Positions 12,531 to 26,835 of a DNA stretch of 64,000 nucleotides are shown piece by piece. Both the position numbers and the translations under genes were made by a program. The notes under the pieces were generated by a model, which was given only the letters and a program-made list of their open reading frames with translations, had not been told where the DNA came from and did not search any database. Where the stretch lies: NCBI RefSeq assembly GCF_009914755.1, contig NC_060926.1. The stretch is one strand, 5' to 3'. How positions within the stretch are numbered: position 1 is the first letter of the stretch; each line of letters starts with the position of its first letter. This DNA comes from the human T2T-CHM13v2.0 reference genome, Homo sapiens.

Positions 12531-15477
12531 AACGCTTTACAGGTCTGGGCACACAACAAGTGCTCAATAGTGGTTGGTTAGGGCCTGTAGCTTTGACCTT
12601 CATCTGCCCATTATCCTCGTGCTCTGTAGAGACAGCCATGCTGTGAGCTCTCCCCAGAGAGAAGGAGAGGCACTCACAGCCCAGCTCTGGAGAGCCTCAG
12701 CCCTTGGAACTGGCAAGGGAGGCGTGGGAAAACCACCCGTTCGTCCCGTGCTTACATTTCCTGGGCCGGAGTGGCTGAACATCGCATGCTTGAGCTGGTG
12801 ATAACGTATTCCACCACTAAGTGCTCTGAACATCAATGCTTGCCTGGGTGAATGATTTTCCCTGTTACACCAAGCATGTCCTATACCAGGCACTGTGCAT
12901 TGTTTATTTATGGGGTCAAAGGAAGAAGGGGGATGCCAGTTTCCTCCTATGTGAGATGGGAGCGAGGTAGACCTAGAGACAATCCACAGAGAGATGGCAG
13001 TCATTCGATGTAAGTGTCTGTGTGAATCACCTCAAGGTGCTTGGCATATCGTAGGCAATAAGAAAAACGTGCTACCTATTTTTATGTTTTTTATGATTGG
13101 AGACATAAAATTCCAATCACGGAGGGAACATGTCTTTGCTTGCAACAGACTCAAATGTCTGCCAAACTGCTCCGTGATGTTTTCTGGGAGGGACTTCACA
13201 GGTAAGATCTAGGATATAAAGGCTTGGAGGTCTTGGGGTAAGCTTCCCCCCAGCTCTGCCCCACACATACAAGTACTCATGGCAAAACTCTAGTCTTCAT
13301 TAATCAAGAACAGCCTCTGACTTTTCCAGGAAGCTTTTTTGACATTTGAAAGGAAGAAATCAGAACAGGCACGCTGAGGCTTCTAGGCTAGAATTCTCCA
13401 AGGCAACAGCTGTTTGCATGTTTGTCTATCAAAGCCTGCATGTTAGCACAGTTGAGGTTTGGAAGATGAGAAGAATTTATGGGTAGCAGGGAATAGGTAA
13501 ATGCAGAGAACAGCCTCTTAGAAGCATGCTCAAGAAGAAAAATATTAAACTCAAGTGAAAAAAATGACTTTCTCCTCCAGTGGTCTTCTCATGCTTGGAC
13601 TGGATCTGAATTACTTTAGAAGTAAGAGAAGGTGAGGTTGTGATGCTTTTGGAAATTTTAAAGGGGCTTTGTTTGAACTCTCAGGAGCACTCAGGGAATG
13701 ATGCAGCTTCATGGCATGGAGCAGAATCAGACATTAACACAAATAATTTCAACCTACTAAGCGGTGGGTCAGATAGAGGTAAATGTTTGAGCAGAAAATC
13801 CTGGCTAGGATATGTGAGTTGCTTTGAAAGCAGGTGTGAATTTGTTGTTAGAAAAATAGGAAAAGGCACTTTAGGCAAAGGGAACAATCAGTGCAATTGC
13901 ATTTTGGCACAGAGGAGCCTAATAGGATTGGGGGATGTTGAGTAAGAGGATGTGGTTGGAGAAGGAAATGGCAGGGAAGAGCCTTGTAAGGAAGATCTCA
14001 AAGGAGTGGATCTAACAACTCTAGTTACTGGGCAAGTATTGAGGATATTTTTTTAGGTAGGGTATGTAATAAGATGTGTGTTTTAAAAATGTATGCGAGA
14101 GCCTGCTTCCACTGTTAATCTGGTTTGATAATTGCGAAAGCCTCTGTCGACAACAAAGATCTGAATGTTAGTGAGCAACAAGCCGACAAAATATTCCCCA
14201 CACAATGACAAAAGCATATACAAAGGTGGCTGAAACATAGCTGGGTTTGAAATGCCTCTGTCTGTCCTGTCTGGGAGTGAGGCTGTCGAATCCCTCCCCT
14301 CCTCTGGGGAGGCTGTCTGTCCTCATGGGAGCCGCAGGTCCAATATTTTTGTGCTTGAAAACCCTGCCCTCGTCCACCCCAGGCGGCTCACAGCTTTCAA
14401 CAGAAGATTACTTAGAATAACAAGTTAATGACTGTCCTTGGATTAGCTGAAGTTTGCTGGGAGAAGCAGACATGCTCAGAGTTCATTTCACTCAAGTCTG
14501 ACGTGGGTGAGTTGAGAAAACACGTTGCAAATTCCATCCTAGGAAAACAAGAAAAGAATTCTTCACGATGTCAAAGCAGCATCACCGGAAGTGTGTGTGA
14601 AAATGGAGCTTCCTTTAAAACTATAAAAGCATTTGTGCCTATCTTCTGAGTGTGGCAGAGTGTCTGGGTGGCAGACCTACCTGGGAAATGACAAGCAGGC
14701 CATGGGCTCTGTTGTTCTTAGGGTCAAATGATCTGGGGCCCCACAGGAAACAGCTGGGGGTTTAAGTGTGAACCTGGAGTGGAGAGACGTGGATCAGGGG
14801 TGGAGTAGGGGGCAGAGGGAGACAGAGGAGAGGCACCGCTGACTCTACTCAGTCAACACCAGAGACCACCAACAGCCCAAGCTTCTAGCAGCTCCCTGCT
14901 CCCAGCCCTCCAGCCAAACCTGTCTGATTCTCTTCTAGGTTCTGCAGGTGTCTATGCTCCTTCATTCATTCACGCAATAAACATTTGATGTCCTGAACTG
15001 ACTAGGGTTCTATTGGGAGGATCAAATGGCACAAAACCTCTCCACCAAATGCTAAATCTGGAGCCTGAAAAGCCCTTCAAGGGCACCATTCACTATGGAA
15101 AAAATATATAGAAACAAATACCACAAGTCGGGGAGCTATGCATAGACTTACAGCCTGTCTTTGTCTTAGAAAATCTCCAGGGCATTGAGGAGACTGAGTC
15201 AGCTGGCATTCTAGGAGCTAGGGGCAACTAGACCTAGACCCTGCAGGACAAGCAGAATGTGGCAAGTGGAAGGAAGCAGGGCAGGGAAAATAGCAACACC
15301 TTGCTTACCGGGAGCCAGCCCCTACCACCTGCTGTTTCGAATCTGAACCAAGCAAGGCCATTCCTATTCTAGTAGGAGGTGGAGCAAGAAGTCCGATTCC
15401 TTCCTCCTCATAAGCACCATGATTGCAAAGGCTCGGAGTTTTTTTTTTTTTTTTTTTTTTTAACTCATAAAAGATCA

Positions 15478-15794
15478 TTTTTTTTTGTTTTGTTTTTGTT
15501 TTTGTTTTTGAGACGGAGTCTTGCTCTGTCGCCCAGGCTGGAATGCAGTGGCGTGATCTCGGCTCACTGCAAGCTCCGCCTCCCAGGTTCACACCATTCT
15601 CCTGCCTCAGCCTCCTGAGTAGCTAGGACTACAGGCGCCCACCACCACACCCGGCTAATTTTTTTTATTTTTTATTAGTAGAGATGGGGTTTCACTGTGT
15701 TAGCCAGGACGGTCTCCATCTCCTGACCTTGTGATCTGCCTGCCTTGACCTCCCAAAGTGCTGGGATTACAGGCATGAGCCACCGTGCCCAGCC
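15478..15794 (-). mobile_element. AluY
   Basis: Y-type segment ctgcaagctccgcctcccaggttcacaccattctc; no TSD visible. Confidence 0.93.
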
Positions 15795-15799
15795 GACTT

Positions 15800-16263
15800 A
15801 TTTCTTAAGACTGAATAATATTCCATTGTGTGTCCAGCCCACATTTTCTTTATCCATTCATTGGTCAATGGACATTTAAGTTGTTGCCACATCTCAGCTA
15901 TTACGAATAATTCTGCAGTGACACAAGAGTGCAGATATCTCGTTGAGTTCCTGATTTTACTTCTTTGGGATATATACCAAGAAGTGGGATTGCTGGATAA
16001 TATGATAATTCTATTTTTAATTTTTTGAGGACACTTCAGCCTGTTTTCTAGAGCTGCTGTCCCATTCTACATTCCCACCAAAAGTGTTTTAAGTGTTCCA
16101 ATCTCTCCACATTTTTGCCAACCCCTATCTTTTGTCTTTTTGATAATAGTCATCCTAATAGGTGTGAGGTGGTATCTCACTGTGGTTTTGATTTGCATTT
16201 CCCTGATAATTAATGATGTTGAGCATCTTTTATCTGTTGACCATTTGTATGTCTTCTTTGGAG
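15800..16263 (-). mobile_element. L1MA-type fragment
   Basis: ctgaataatattccattgtgtgt...gtggtatctcactgtggttttgatttgcatttccctgat. Confidence 0.88.
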
Positions 16264-16934
16264 TGGCTCAGAGAGGTTAGGTGACTTGTGAAAGTTATAG
16301 CTCAGTGGCCGAGTGGAGACCTGAACCCAGTTGATGTGATGCTTGTCCATGTTCCTCTTTACTTATCCATGAAGAAGGGGTCTTCTGGATTGAGCCAGGA
16401 GGTGAACTTAGAGAGGCAGTGGGAGATAAGGCTGGGGGGTCCTTCTGGTACAGCCAGAGGTCTGGTCTGGAAGGCCCTGCAGAAGAATTGCCAGGGATGC
16501 AGTAGGAAATGGGGATTTCCAGTCCCCACTAGGAAGGAAGAGCTTAACTAAAGCATGGGCTCCGGCTGCTCCTGAGCCCTGTCCTTCCTCCCTGGCCTTG
16601 TTGGAGACTCTGGCTCTGAAATCGGAAGTTCCTGAGGGATAAGAGTCAGGAATAGTCTGTTGAGAGTTGTATACAGGAAGTGAAAAACACAGGTAGAGCT
16701 GGAAATAGTGTAAACAGATGACCCTGTGCTTTTCCCTGGCCTCCTCAGGGGCAGCTTGGCCTGGCAGCCTGGCAGGGGACCTCAGCCTTCAGGGGCCTCA
16801 AGCTCTTGAAAAGAGCCACTGAGATGCTCTCTGCTGATGGCCTCCTAGCTCTGAGTCCTCCCGGGCTGGGAGGCTGTGGACATCCACTTTGTAATGAAGT
16901 GTATCTATTAAGGTAGCCCAGAGAGGCAGCAAAC

Positions 16935-17050
16935 ACTCAGGTTTTGAAGCCAGAGATAACTTGGGCTTGAATCTCACCTCATTCCCTTATTGGTTATATG
17001 ACCTCAGGCAAGCAGCTAGATAGAGCTGGGCCTCAGCTGTCCATTCATTA
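16935..17050 (+). mobile_element. MIR
   Basis: cttgggcttgaatctcacctc...tgacctcaggcaag. Confidence 0.6.
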
Positions 17051-17262
17051 CCAAGAGGGCTGGAAGGTGGAGAGGTTGGGGTTATAAGATCTGTATCTCA
17101 GGATGTTCACTGAGTTCACATTTTTAAATTGAGCTACTACTCTGCACAGGCACTGTGCAAGATGCTAGAGATTTTGAAGGGTTCATGAGATAGCAGATAA
17201 CATAGGTTCTTAACCAATGATGGTCACCCTTCCTAGCACATAGTAGGGCTTCATAAATGCAT

Positions 17263-18095
<833 letters not shown>

Positions 18096-19754
18096 TCAAT
18101 ACCTAGAAATGACCACCCCCTCCAATCCTGAGGCTCCCCCAGGCCCCTCTGACCATTTTACTTGCCAACCCCAGTTCTGGGGCCACACTTCCCTATCTCT
18201 CTTCATCTCTGTTGGTTTCCTGGGCTGTTGAGAGCTACACTCAAGGCAAATCTCACTGCTCACCCACTACTCCCTGCTCTCCAACATCTTGGCTCCCAGA
18301 ATTTGAGCATGCCCACTATGGCTGCCTGTCTTTCTCCATGTCTACATTCTCTACTGGCTTCATACCTTCCATCCCTCCCACAGCTCCCTCACCTGCTGCT
18401 TCACAGGTAAAGTGGAGGTCACCCACAGGGCTCGTTAGCCTCCATGGCACCTTTCCTCTTCTTTCTTTACAAATCTGTGTTTTCAGATCTGACAAGTGGA
18501 TCTGACTGCCACACTGATAGACCTGGAATCCCTCCAGTGCTCTCCAATGCAGTGGGATACAACTGTAGTTCCTTTGTGCGGCGGTTAAGGAGGCACAACC
18601 CCCTCCCCAGACCTTATACTCTAGTGATTCCAGTGTGCTTAACCTCGGTTGGTAACTATTTTTACTTGATCTTACTGTTTTGAAAGATTTCGAGAAGTAG
18701 AAAATGAAGGTTGGGGAGGCATAGCAGGGACCCTATGTCAGAGAAGGTGGCTCCCCTAATCATGAAGGGCCTTTTGTGCCACACGGAGGAAACTTGAAAG
18801 TGCTTCTGCAGGTAATGGGGAGCCATCAAAGGCTTTAGAGCCAGGGCAAGAGTGTGGAGAGATAAATAATGAGCACATCAATGGTTTTACTTCATTAATG
18901 ATGATTAGCAAAGTGCTAGGAAGCAGGTCTTTGGCACCTTCCTCTGGTCTTATTTACACCTGCACATCTACTCCTGTGCTCTCTTTTTTTGCAAAGGTCA
19001 GGGAGAACTTCGGGAGGCCCTTTCCTAAAAAACCGTGAATACGCGCAGGAGTCTGCAGCGGGCTCAGTTATGTCTAAGGCACTGGAGGAAATTGTCATGG
19101 ATTTGACTCTCCCTCGGGAGGCAGAAGAAGGCAAAGAGACTGGGTCCAATCCTAACTCTGCTGATAGTATACTGAGGAACGACCCTCAGTAAATTCAAGA
19201 CTCTTCCTGAGCCTCCATGTCCTCATTTGCAAAATGGGGTAACACTGCCTCCCCCACAGAGAGGAGATACTGTACACCCAGCAACTGGAACACAGTGGGA
19301 GTCAGTAAGCACTACTTAACACCAATCCTCATACCACAGTGACAGCTGGAGACAGGGAAAAATCCCATACACACAACAGCTCAAAAACATCCCTTTAGAA
19401 AAAAAAAAGAGAGAGAGAGAGAAGAGACAGGAGCATTGGACAGGAAGAAAGGAATTAGTGCTGTCAACGGCAGGTCGGTTTGTCTTAAAACCTTTCAAAT
19501 TGTGGAAAGGACTAGGAAATGTATCTCCTGGGGCAGGAGGCAGTGGTTGAGAAGGCTCTGCACCCCCACAACTGCCTGTACGGGCAGCCAAGTGTGCAAC
19601 TGCTCAACTGAGTGGAGCATTCCAGAGGAGGGTGCACCTGGGGCTTGGGAAGCCTCCACAAAGAGGTGAGCCAGTGGCCACAGGCTGCAGCCCCGCTGGG
19701 AGCAGGCAGGGTGAGGCTGGGAAAGAAGGGACGCGGAAAGAGGCGGGAGAGCAC

Positions 19755-20080
19755 AGTGAACCCTGGATACATTATGCTAAATGAAAGAAGCCAGGCACGA
19801 AGACCACATAGGGAATGATTCCATTGATAGGAAATGTCCAGAACAGGCCACACCAGAGAAACAGAAAGTAGATGAGTGTTTGCCTAGGGCCTGGGAAGAG
19901 TGAGAAGCGACAGCCAATAGGGCCAGGGTTTCTTTCCAGGACAGTGAAAATGGTTTACAATTGATTGCAGCAATGGTTGTGCAACTCTGTGACTATAGTA
20001 ACCATGGAATTATATGCTGTAAGTGGGTGAACTGTATGGTATGTGAATAATATATCAATAAAGCTATTTTTTTTATAAAA
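19755..20080 (+). mobile_element. L1MB-type 3' end
   Basis: acattatgctaaatgaaagaagccag...ggtatgtgaataatatatcaataaagct. Confidence 0.85.
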
Positions 20081-21650
20081 AGGCCCAAGATCCAAGGGAA
20101 AGGCATATATACCTTGATGTGTTTGCCACAGAAACACAGCAGGTTCAAGAAAAAAAAAAAAAACAACTCCAGGAAGTTCTCCTAGTGCAACCTGCTCATT
20201 GTCCCAAGTGGATGACTGAGACCCAGAGAGGCAGAGTGACTCATTCCTAGTCCCACTGCTACTTGCGGCTGTGGGAAAAGCAGTACCATGCACCGAGCCG
20301 TCCTGGGGTGCCAGGCACTGTATGGGAGTCGCCTGAGTTACCTAAGCATTCCAGCCACACCACCCTGTGGGGTGCAAGCCACGCTTTCTATGTGAGTAAT
20401 GCAGGTGGGGTCACAGGACTGTTAACTGGGAGAAATGAATGTCAAATTCCTATTTGATTCCATTGTTTTAAATCACTGAATCTCTGAAGAGTCAGGATTT
20501 TTACCATTGTGCAGTAGAAAATCCTAAAACCCAGATGTAGGCTTTTTCCTTCTAAACTGTCTTGTGTGGATAGTCCCTAGGGCTGAGGTCCAATGGCGAC
20601 AACGCGAGAATAATAGGCTGTGGCTAGGGTATTTTGAGTACAAGAGCTAGGTAGGCCTTTGGAGATATGTGGGCTGAATGCGCTTTTATATATGTGGTGT
20701 GTGAAGCCCAGAGAGGGCAGGAGGTTTCCCCAGGGTCACACAGCAAGGCAGCAGTGGTGGAGCTGAGATACGAACTGGGTCTTTGGACTCTCTGTCCAAT
20801 GCTCCTTCCATGCAGCTTGCGGCCCCCTTCAGTGAGGATGGGTGTAGGGAAGAAGAAGGCAGGGGCTGCTGGATGTGCTGGCAAGGTGGACAGCTCCACG
20901 GGAAAGCGGAGGGGCAGGCAGCCATGTTCGTGGGAAGTGCAACCCATGTAAGGCGGGAGGGACAGCGCTGTTAGAAAACAGGTGGAGGGAGGGGAGATGA
21001 GGAGGAGTCCAAGAGTGCTGTGGTTCCTCTGAGCTCCCTGGATCCTAATGATGGCCCGCCCTTTGGGACCAGGGGAGGGAGGTTGCTGATAAAATCCCCA
21101 GTGGCACATGGTCTTTGACCTGCCAGTGCCAGTGAGGACTCTGCTCAGCTTTCCCAAAGCCTCAGGGAAGGAAGGGGAGGCGTGTCTCCCCACAGCACAT
21201 GGTCGTGGGGTTTGATTGGCTCTGACCTAGGTTCTAGCCTTAGTTCTGTCTCTGACTCACTGTGAAGTCTCAGGCAAGTTCTTTCTGTTTCATCATGTGT
21301 AAGATGGGAATAACGATCACAGCCATCCTGTGAGAGGTGAGGATTTGAGGAGCCTGTCTGTGAAATCTGGGCACTGCTGTTCTGTGACTGTGATGGGGGT
21401 TTTGCTGCGTGTAGGCTGCTCCCAGCTGCAGAAACACATTTCCTATCTCAGTTTTAATGCCTTCTGGAGCCGACGCCCCTCTGATTGAAGCCAAGACCCC
21501 CATAGGGAGGGGATGCCATCTCCCAGGATAGAGAATGAAACTGCGACCTCCCAGGAGAAGGGCCTGGCTCTTATTCACCTTGGGGCCTGCCTCTGCAGAG
21601 TGGGGGCCCATCAAGCCCCAGGAAGGAAAAGGGAAGGCAACTAACATTAG

Positions 21651-21948
<298 letters not shown>

Positions 21949-22175
21949 ACATTATATAGCATTTGTCCTTATACTCTCCAGAGCCATTATTCCCATTCTT
22001 TTTTCCCAATATGATTAAGTGATTTTATTTAGTCTGAATTTCCAAAGTCAGTGAAAGTATGCAGTCATTGTAATGGTATTATCAGTGATAGAATCACTCA
22101 ATAACCTTTAGCAAAACTAAAACTAAAACAAAAAAGCAGGATTGGGAGGATATTAAAACATCAAAATATTTTTTA

Positions 22176-22721
<546 letters not shown>

Positions 22722-23654
22722 TCAGTTGACACTAACTAAATGACAACTTTCCCAGGTCAAGGATAAAGGCTTAGACATCTTCATTTATTTTACCATGGTT
22801 AGATTGGTGCATTCCCCTTAATCTCTCAAGTTTTTGAAAGGACTAAGATTTAAATATCATTCTGTTTTTATAATCTCCATAGCTATTATGGCTCCCATTT
22901 TAAGTAAATCTGTATTCTAAAAATTAGGATGCCAAGGCTTAAAAAGGTGAAGAAATGTACTCAAGGTCATTTGGCCAGTGGAGAGAGGGGCCTGGAAGGA
23001 AACCCAGTTCTGCACAAGCCTGAATCCCATCCTCTTTCCAAAGCTGCCCAGAGCAGGGGAGGCTGGAGGTATTTGCCTGCAGTCTGATTTTGTTCAGAGC
23101 TGGCTGTGGGCCAGGCCTCTGCGTTTACTGAAATGTTCTGGGAGTTATTGGGGGAAATGGAGCTTTGAACTTACCTAGTATAACACAGGCTGGTTCTCAG
23201 GATCATAAACATGTTTCTGAACCTAATTAAAGAGCCTTGTGAAAAGGGCGAGAGCAGGACTGAGACATGACGGTCAGTCTCAAAACTCCCCGTGGGCCTG
23301 AACGGGAGCTTGGCTTTTCCCAGACTCCGCGAGAACCAGCCCTCTCTGGGGGCAGAGAGTTAAGAGGCTTTCGAAAGAAGAAAAGGCTCTTTTACAGTCC
23401 TGGCTGGGGACCTGGGCTGTACCGGGGAGGGAATGTAGGAGGCATAATTGGGGCTTGTAAAACATTTCCAGACAAAATCACTTAATGTGTTTTGGAGAGT
23501 AAAAAGCAACAGTCCACAAAATCTATAAATTTAGGCAGTTTTCTTCAGAGTCAATAGAGCCAGGTCGGGGGATCAGAAGGGGTGGCCGGGTAGTGTTAAA
23601 TGTGCCATGGATGGCTGCAGGTGAACTTGTCTCTGGGCACGGGACCCAGGAGCA

Positions 23655-23880
23655 GCCAGACCCTTGGGTTTGAATTCTTGCTCTACCCCTCACTCACGCT
23701 GTGACCTTGGACAAGTTATTGATCCTGCTAGATCTCAGTTTCCTCCTGTGGGAAATGGAGATAAAATACTTAGCACCTTATGGGTTTGTTTGGGGAATTA
23801 ATGTGCTACCATATCCAAAATGCATGGAACAGTGCCTGGCATGCAAGGTGTGCTTGTATAAATGTTGCTGTTCTTATTCT
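23655..23880 (+). mobile_element. MIR
   Basis: ctgtgaccttggacaagttatt...ctcagtttcctcctgtgggaaatggagataa. Confidence 0.85.
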
Positions 23881-24125
23881 GCTCCCCTGGGAAGGGGCTG
23901 CTACCTGGATGAGGCCATGCTGCGTTTCCTACGAAGCAGTCCATACCTTTCAGAGTTCCTGGAGCCCTCGTCATGTCTTTCTTGAATTCTTTCTCCCAAG
24001 TTTTCCCTGACTCCCTTTCTGCCAGCAATGGTTATTCCCATCCATTTCCAACAGCGTCCAAAATAATACACTTCTTCCATCCATCCCTTTCCTTATCAAA
24101 AAGCTTTGTTATCATGTCTCTATCT

Positions 24126-24453
24126 CATTCTCAGCAAACTGACAGAAGAACAGAAAACCAAACACCGCATGTTCCCACTCATAAGTGGGAGTTGAACAAA
24201 GAGAACACATGGACACAGGGAGCAGCGGGGCGGGGCATCACATACCAGGGCCTGCTGGGGGGCTGGGGGGCTGGAGGACTTGGGGAGGGATAGCATCAGG
24301 AGAAATACCTAATGTAGATGACAGGTTGATGGGTGCAGCAAACCACCATGGCTTGTGTATACCTATGTAACAAACTTGCACTTTCTGCACATGTACCCCA
24401 GAACTTAAAGTATAATAATAATAATAATAATAACAACAATAATAATAATAACA
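24126..24453 (+). mobile_element. L1PA (PA7/8-like) 3' end with (AAT)n tail
   Basis: cattctcagcaaact...gcagcaaaccaccatggc...cagaacttaaagtataat. Confidence 0.92.
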
Positions 24454-24749
24454 GTAAAGTTTTGTTAATGCCCCATCCAACTCACTATAAAGCTCAAACT
24501 TCTGGGCCTTTTCAACCCAGTTTAACTCTCTGGGCTGTGTCCAGCCACCTCCCCTTGTAGCTGCCAGTGTGCCTAATGTTTCCATTTTCCCCTCCTTCCA
24601 GGAAAATGGTAAATTTTGCACTTTGTGGCTCCCTGATGGTTGGCTGGGGGCCAACAACTGGTTTTGGCCAATGAATTGTTAGCAGAGGTAACATGTGAGC
24701 TGGAACTCGTCTTTCCTCTGCCATGACAACTGGGACCATGGTCTAGACC

Positions 24750-24908
24750 AGGTGTCAACAAACTTTTCCTGTGAATGTGTTCAGCTTTGTGGGCCAAATG
24801 GTCTCCATTGTAGCTTCTCAGCTCTGCTGTTGTCATGTGAAAGTAATCCTGGATAACAGGCAAATGAAAGAGCGTGACTATGTTCCAATAACATTTTATT
24901 TTAAAAAG
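24750..24908. mobile_element. MER58A-like
   Basis: caggtgtcaacaaacttttcctgt...tgactatgttccaataacattttattt. Confidence 0.75.
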
Positions 24909-25045
24909 CCAGTCTGGCCAGTAGAGCTTTCTGCAATGCTGGAAATATTCTATAATATTCCTCCTGTCCAACGTGGTAGCCACTGGCCATATGTATCCAT
25001 TAAATATTTCAGTAGCCTCATATAGTCCATATTGAATGGACAGAG
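24909..25045. mobile_element. MER3-like
   Basis: ccagtagagctttctgcaatgctggaaatattctata...ggtagccactggccatatgt. Confidence 0.7.
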
Positions 25046-25458
25046 TAGATAGCAGCCGTTTCATCAGACGGGGTCCTAGAGCAAAGACAACATGGGAGTC
25101 ACTGCTGACCATGATGGGCATGCATCCTGTCTAGTTCTTGATGTTATAAGCAACTGAGATGGGGGATGTTTGTTACTGCAGCATAACCTAACCACTCCTG
25201 ACTTACACACACCTCACTCCCACCTCCTCCTTTCCTTTGCTCTCATCTAAGCATTTCATGCATGTCCAGGCATCCAAGCCTTTACTCATACTGTTTCCTC
25301 TGCCTGGAATACCTTCTACTGTTCTTTATTTCATGGGCAAATGCTGCCTCATTGCTTAAAGTTCAGCTCACACGTTATCTTCTCTTGGTGGGTTTCCAGT
25401 GGCCCTCCATATCACCTCCATGCAATAAGAATCACCTGCAGCTTCCTCAGGACACTTT

Positions 25459-26835
25459 TTTTTTTTTTTTTCCAAGGCAGAAGAATTTTTCTTAGTACAG
25501 AACAAAATGAAAAGTCTCCCATGTCTACTTCTTTCTACACAGACACGGCGACCATCCGATTTCTCAATCTTTTCCCCACCTTTCCCCCCTTTCTATTCCA
25601 CAAAACCGCCATTGTCATCATGGCCCGTTCTCAATGAGCTGTTGGGTACACCTCCCAGACGGGGTGGTGGCCGGGCAGAGGGGCTCCTCACTTCCCAGTA
25701 GGGGCGGCCGGGCAGAGGCGCCCCTCACCTCCTGGACGGGGCGGCTGGCCGGGCGGGGGGCTGACCCCCCCACCTCCCTCCTGGACGGGGCGGCTGGCCG
25801 GGCGGGGGGCTGACCCCCACCTCCCTCCCGGACGGGGTGGCTGCCGGGCGGAGGGGCTCCTCACTTCTCATATGGGGCGGTTGCCAGGCAGAGGGTCTCC
25901 TCACTTCTCAGACTGGGCGGCCGGGCAGAGACGCTCCTCACCTCCCAGACGGGGTCGCGGCCGGGCAGAAGCACTCCTCACATCCCAGACGGGGCGGCGG
26001 GGCAGAGGCGCTCCCCACATCTCAGACGATGGGCAGCCGGGCAGAGACGCTCCTCACTTCCCAGACGGGATGGCGGCCGGGAAGAGGCGCTCCTCACTTC
26101 CTAGATGGGATGGCGGCCGGGCAGAGACTCTCCTCACTTTCCAGACTGGGCAGCCAGGCAGAGGGGCTCCTCACATCCCAGACGATGGGCGGCCAGGCAG
26201 AGACGCTCCTCACTTCCCAGACCGGGTGGCGGCCGGGCAGAGGCTGCAATCTCGGCACTTTGGGAGGCCAAGGCAGGCGGCTGGGAGGTGGAGGTTGTAG
26301 CGAGCCGAGATCACGCCACTGCACTCCAGCCTGGGCACCATTGAGCATTGAGTGAAGGAGACTCCGTCTGCAATCCCAGAACCTCGGGAGGCCGAGGCTG
26401 GCGGATCACTCATGGTTAGGAGCTGGAGACCAGCCCGGCCAACACAGCGAAACCCCGTCTCCACCAAAAAAATATGAAAACCAGTCAGGCGTGGCGGTGC
26501 ACGCCTGCAATCGCAGGCACTCGGCAGGCTGAGGCAGGAGAATCAGGCAGGGAGGTTGCAGTGAGCCGAGATGGTAGCAGTACAGTCCAGCTTCAGCTCG
26601 GCATCAGAGGGAGACCGTGGAAAGAGAGGGAGAGGGAAACCGTGGGGAAAGGGAGGGGGGAGAGGGAGGGAGGGGGAGGGGGAGGGGGAGGGGAGGGGGG
26701 AGGGGGAGGGGAGGGGGGAGGGGGAGGGGAGGGGGAGGGGGGAGGGGGAGGGGAGGGGGAGGGGGGAGGGGAGGGGGAGGGGGGAGGGGGAGGGGTGGGG
26801 GAGGGGGAGGGGAGGGGGTGGGGGAGGGGGAGGGA
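25459..26835 (-). mobile_element. SVA (D-F-like), intact 5' end, SINE-R truncated at the 3' end
   Basis: Hexamer head 26651-26835, Alu-like domain, GC-rich VNTR, partial SINE-R, poly(A); 13-bp TSD ctcaggacacttt at 25446-25458 and 26836-26848. Confidence 0.97.

Larger units (their letters stand above)
24557..25208 (+). mobile_element. Old MLT1 (I/J-like) LTR with nested MER elements
   Basis: ggttttggccaatgaattgttagcagaggtaacatgtg ... tttgttactgcagcataacctaacc. Confidence 0.65.
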
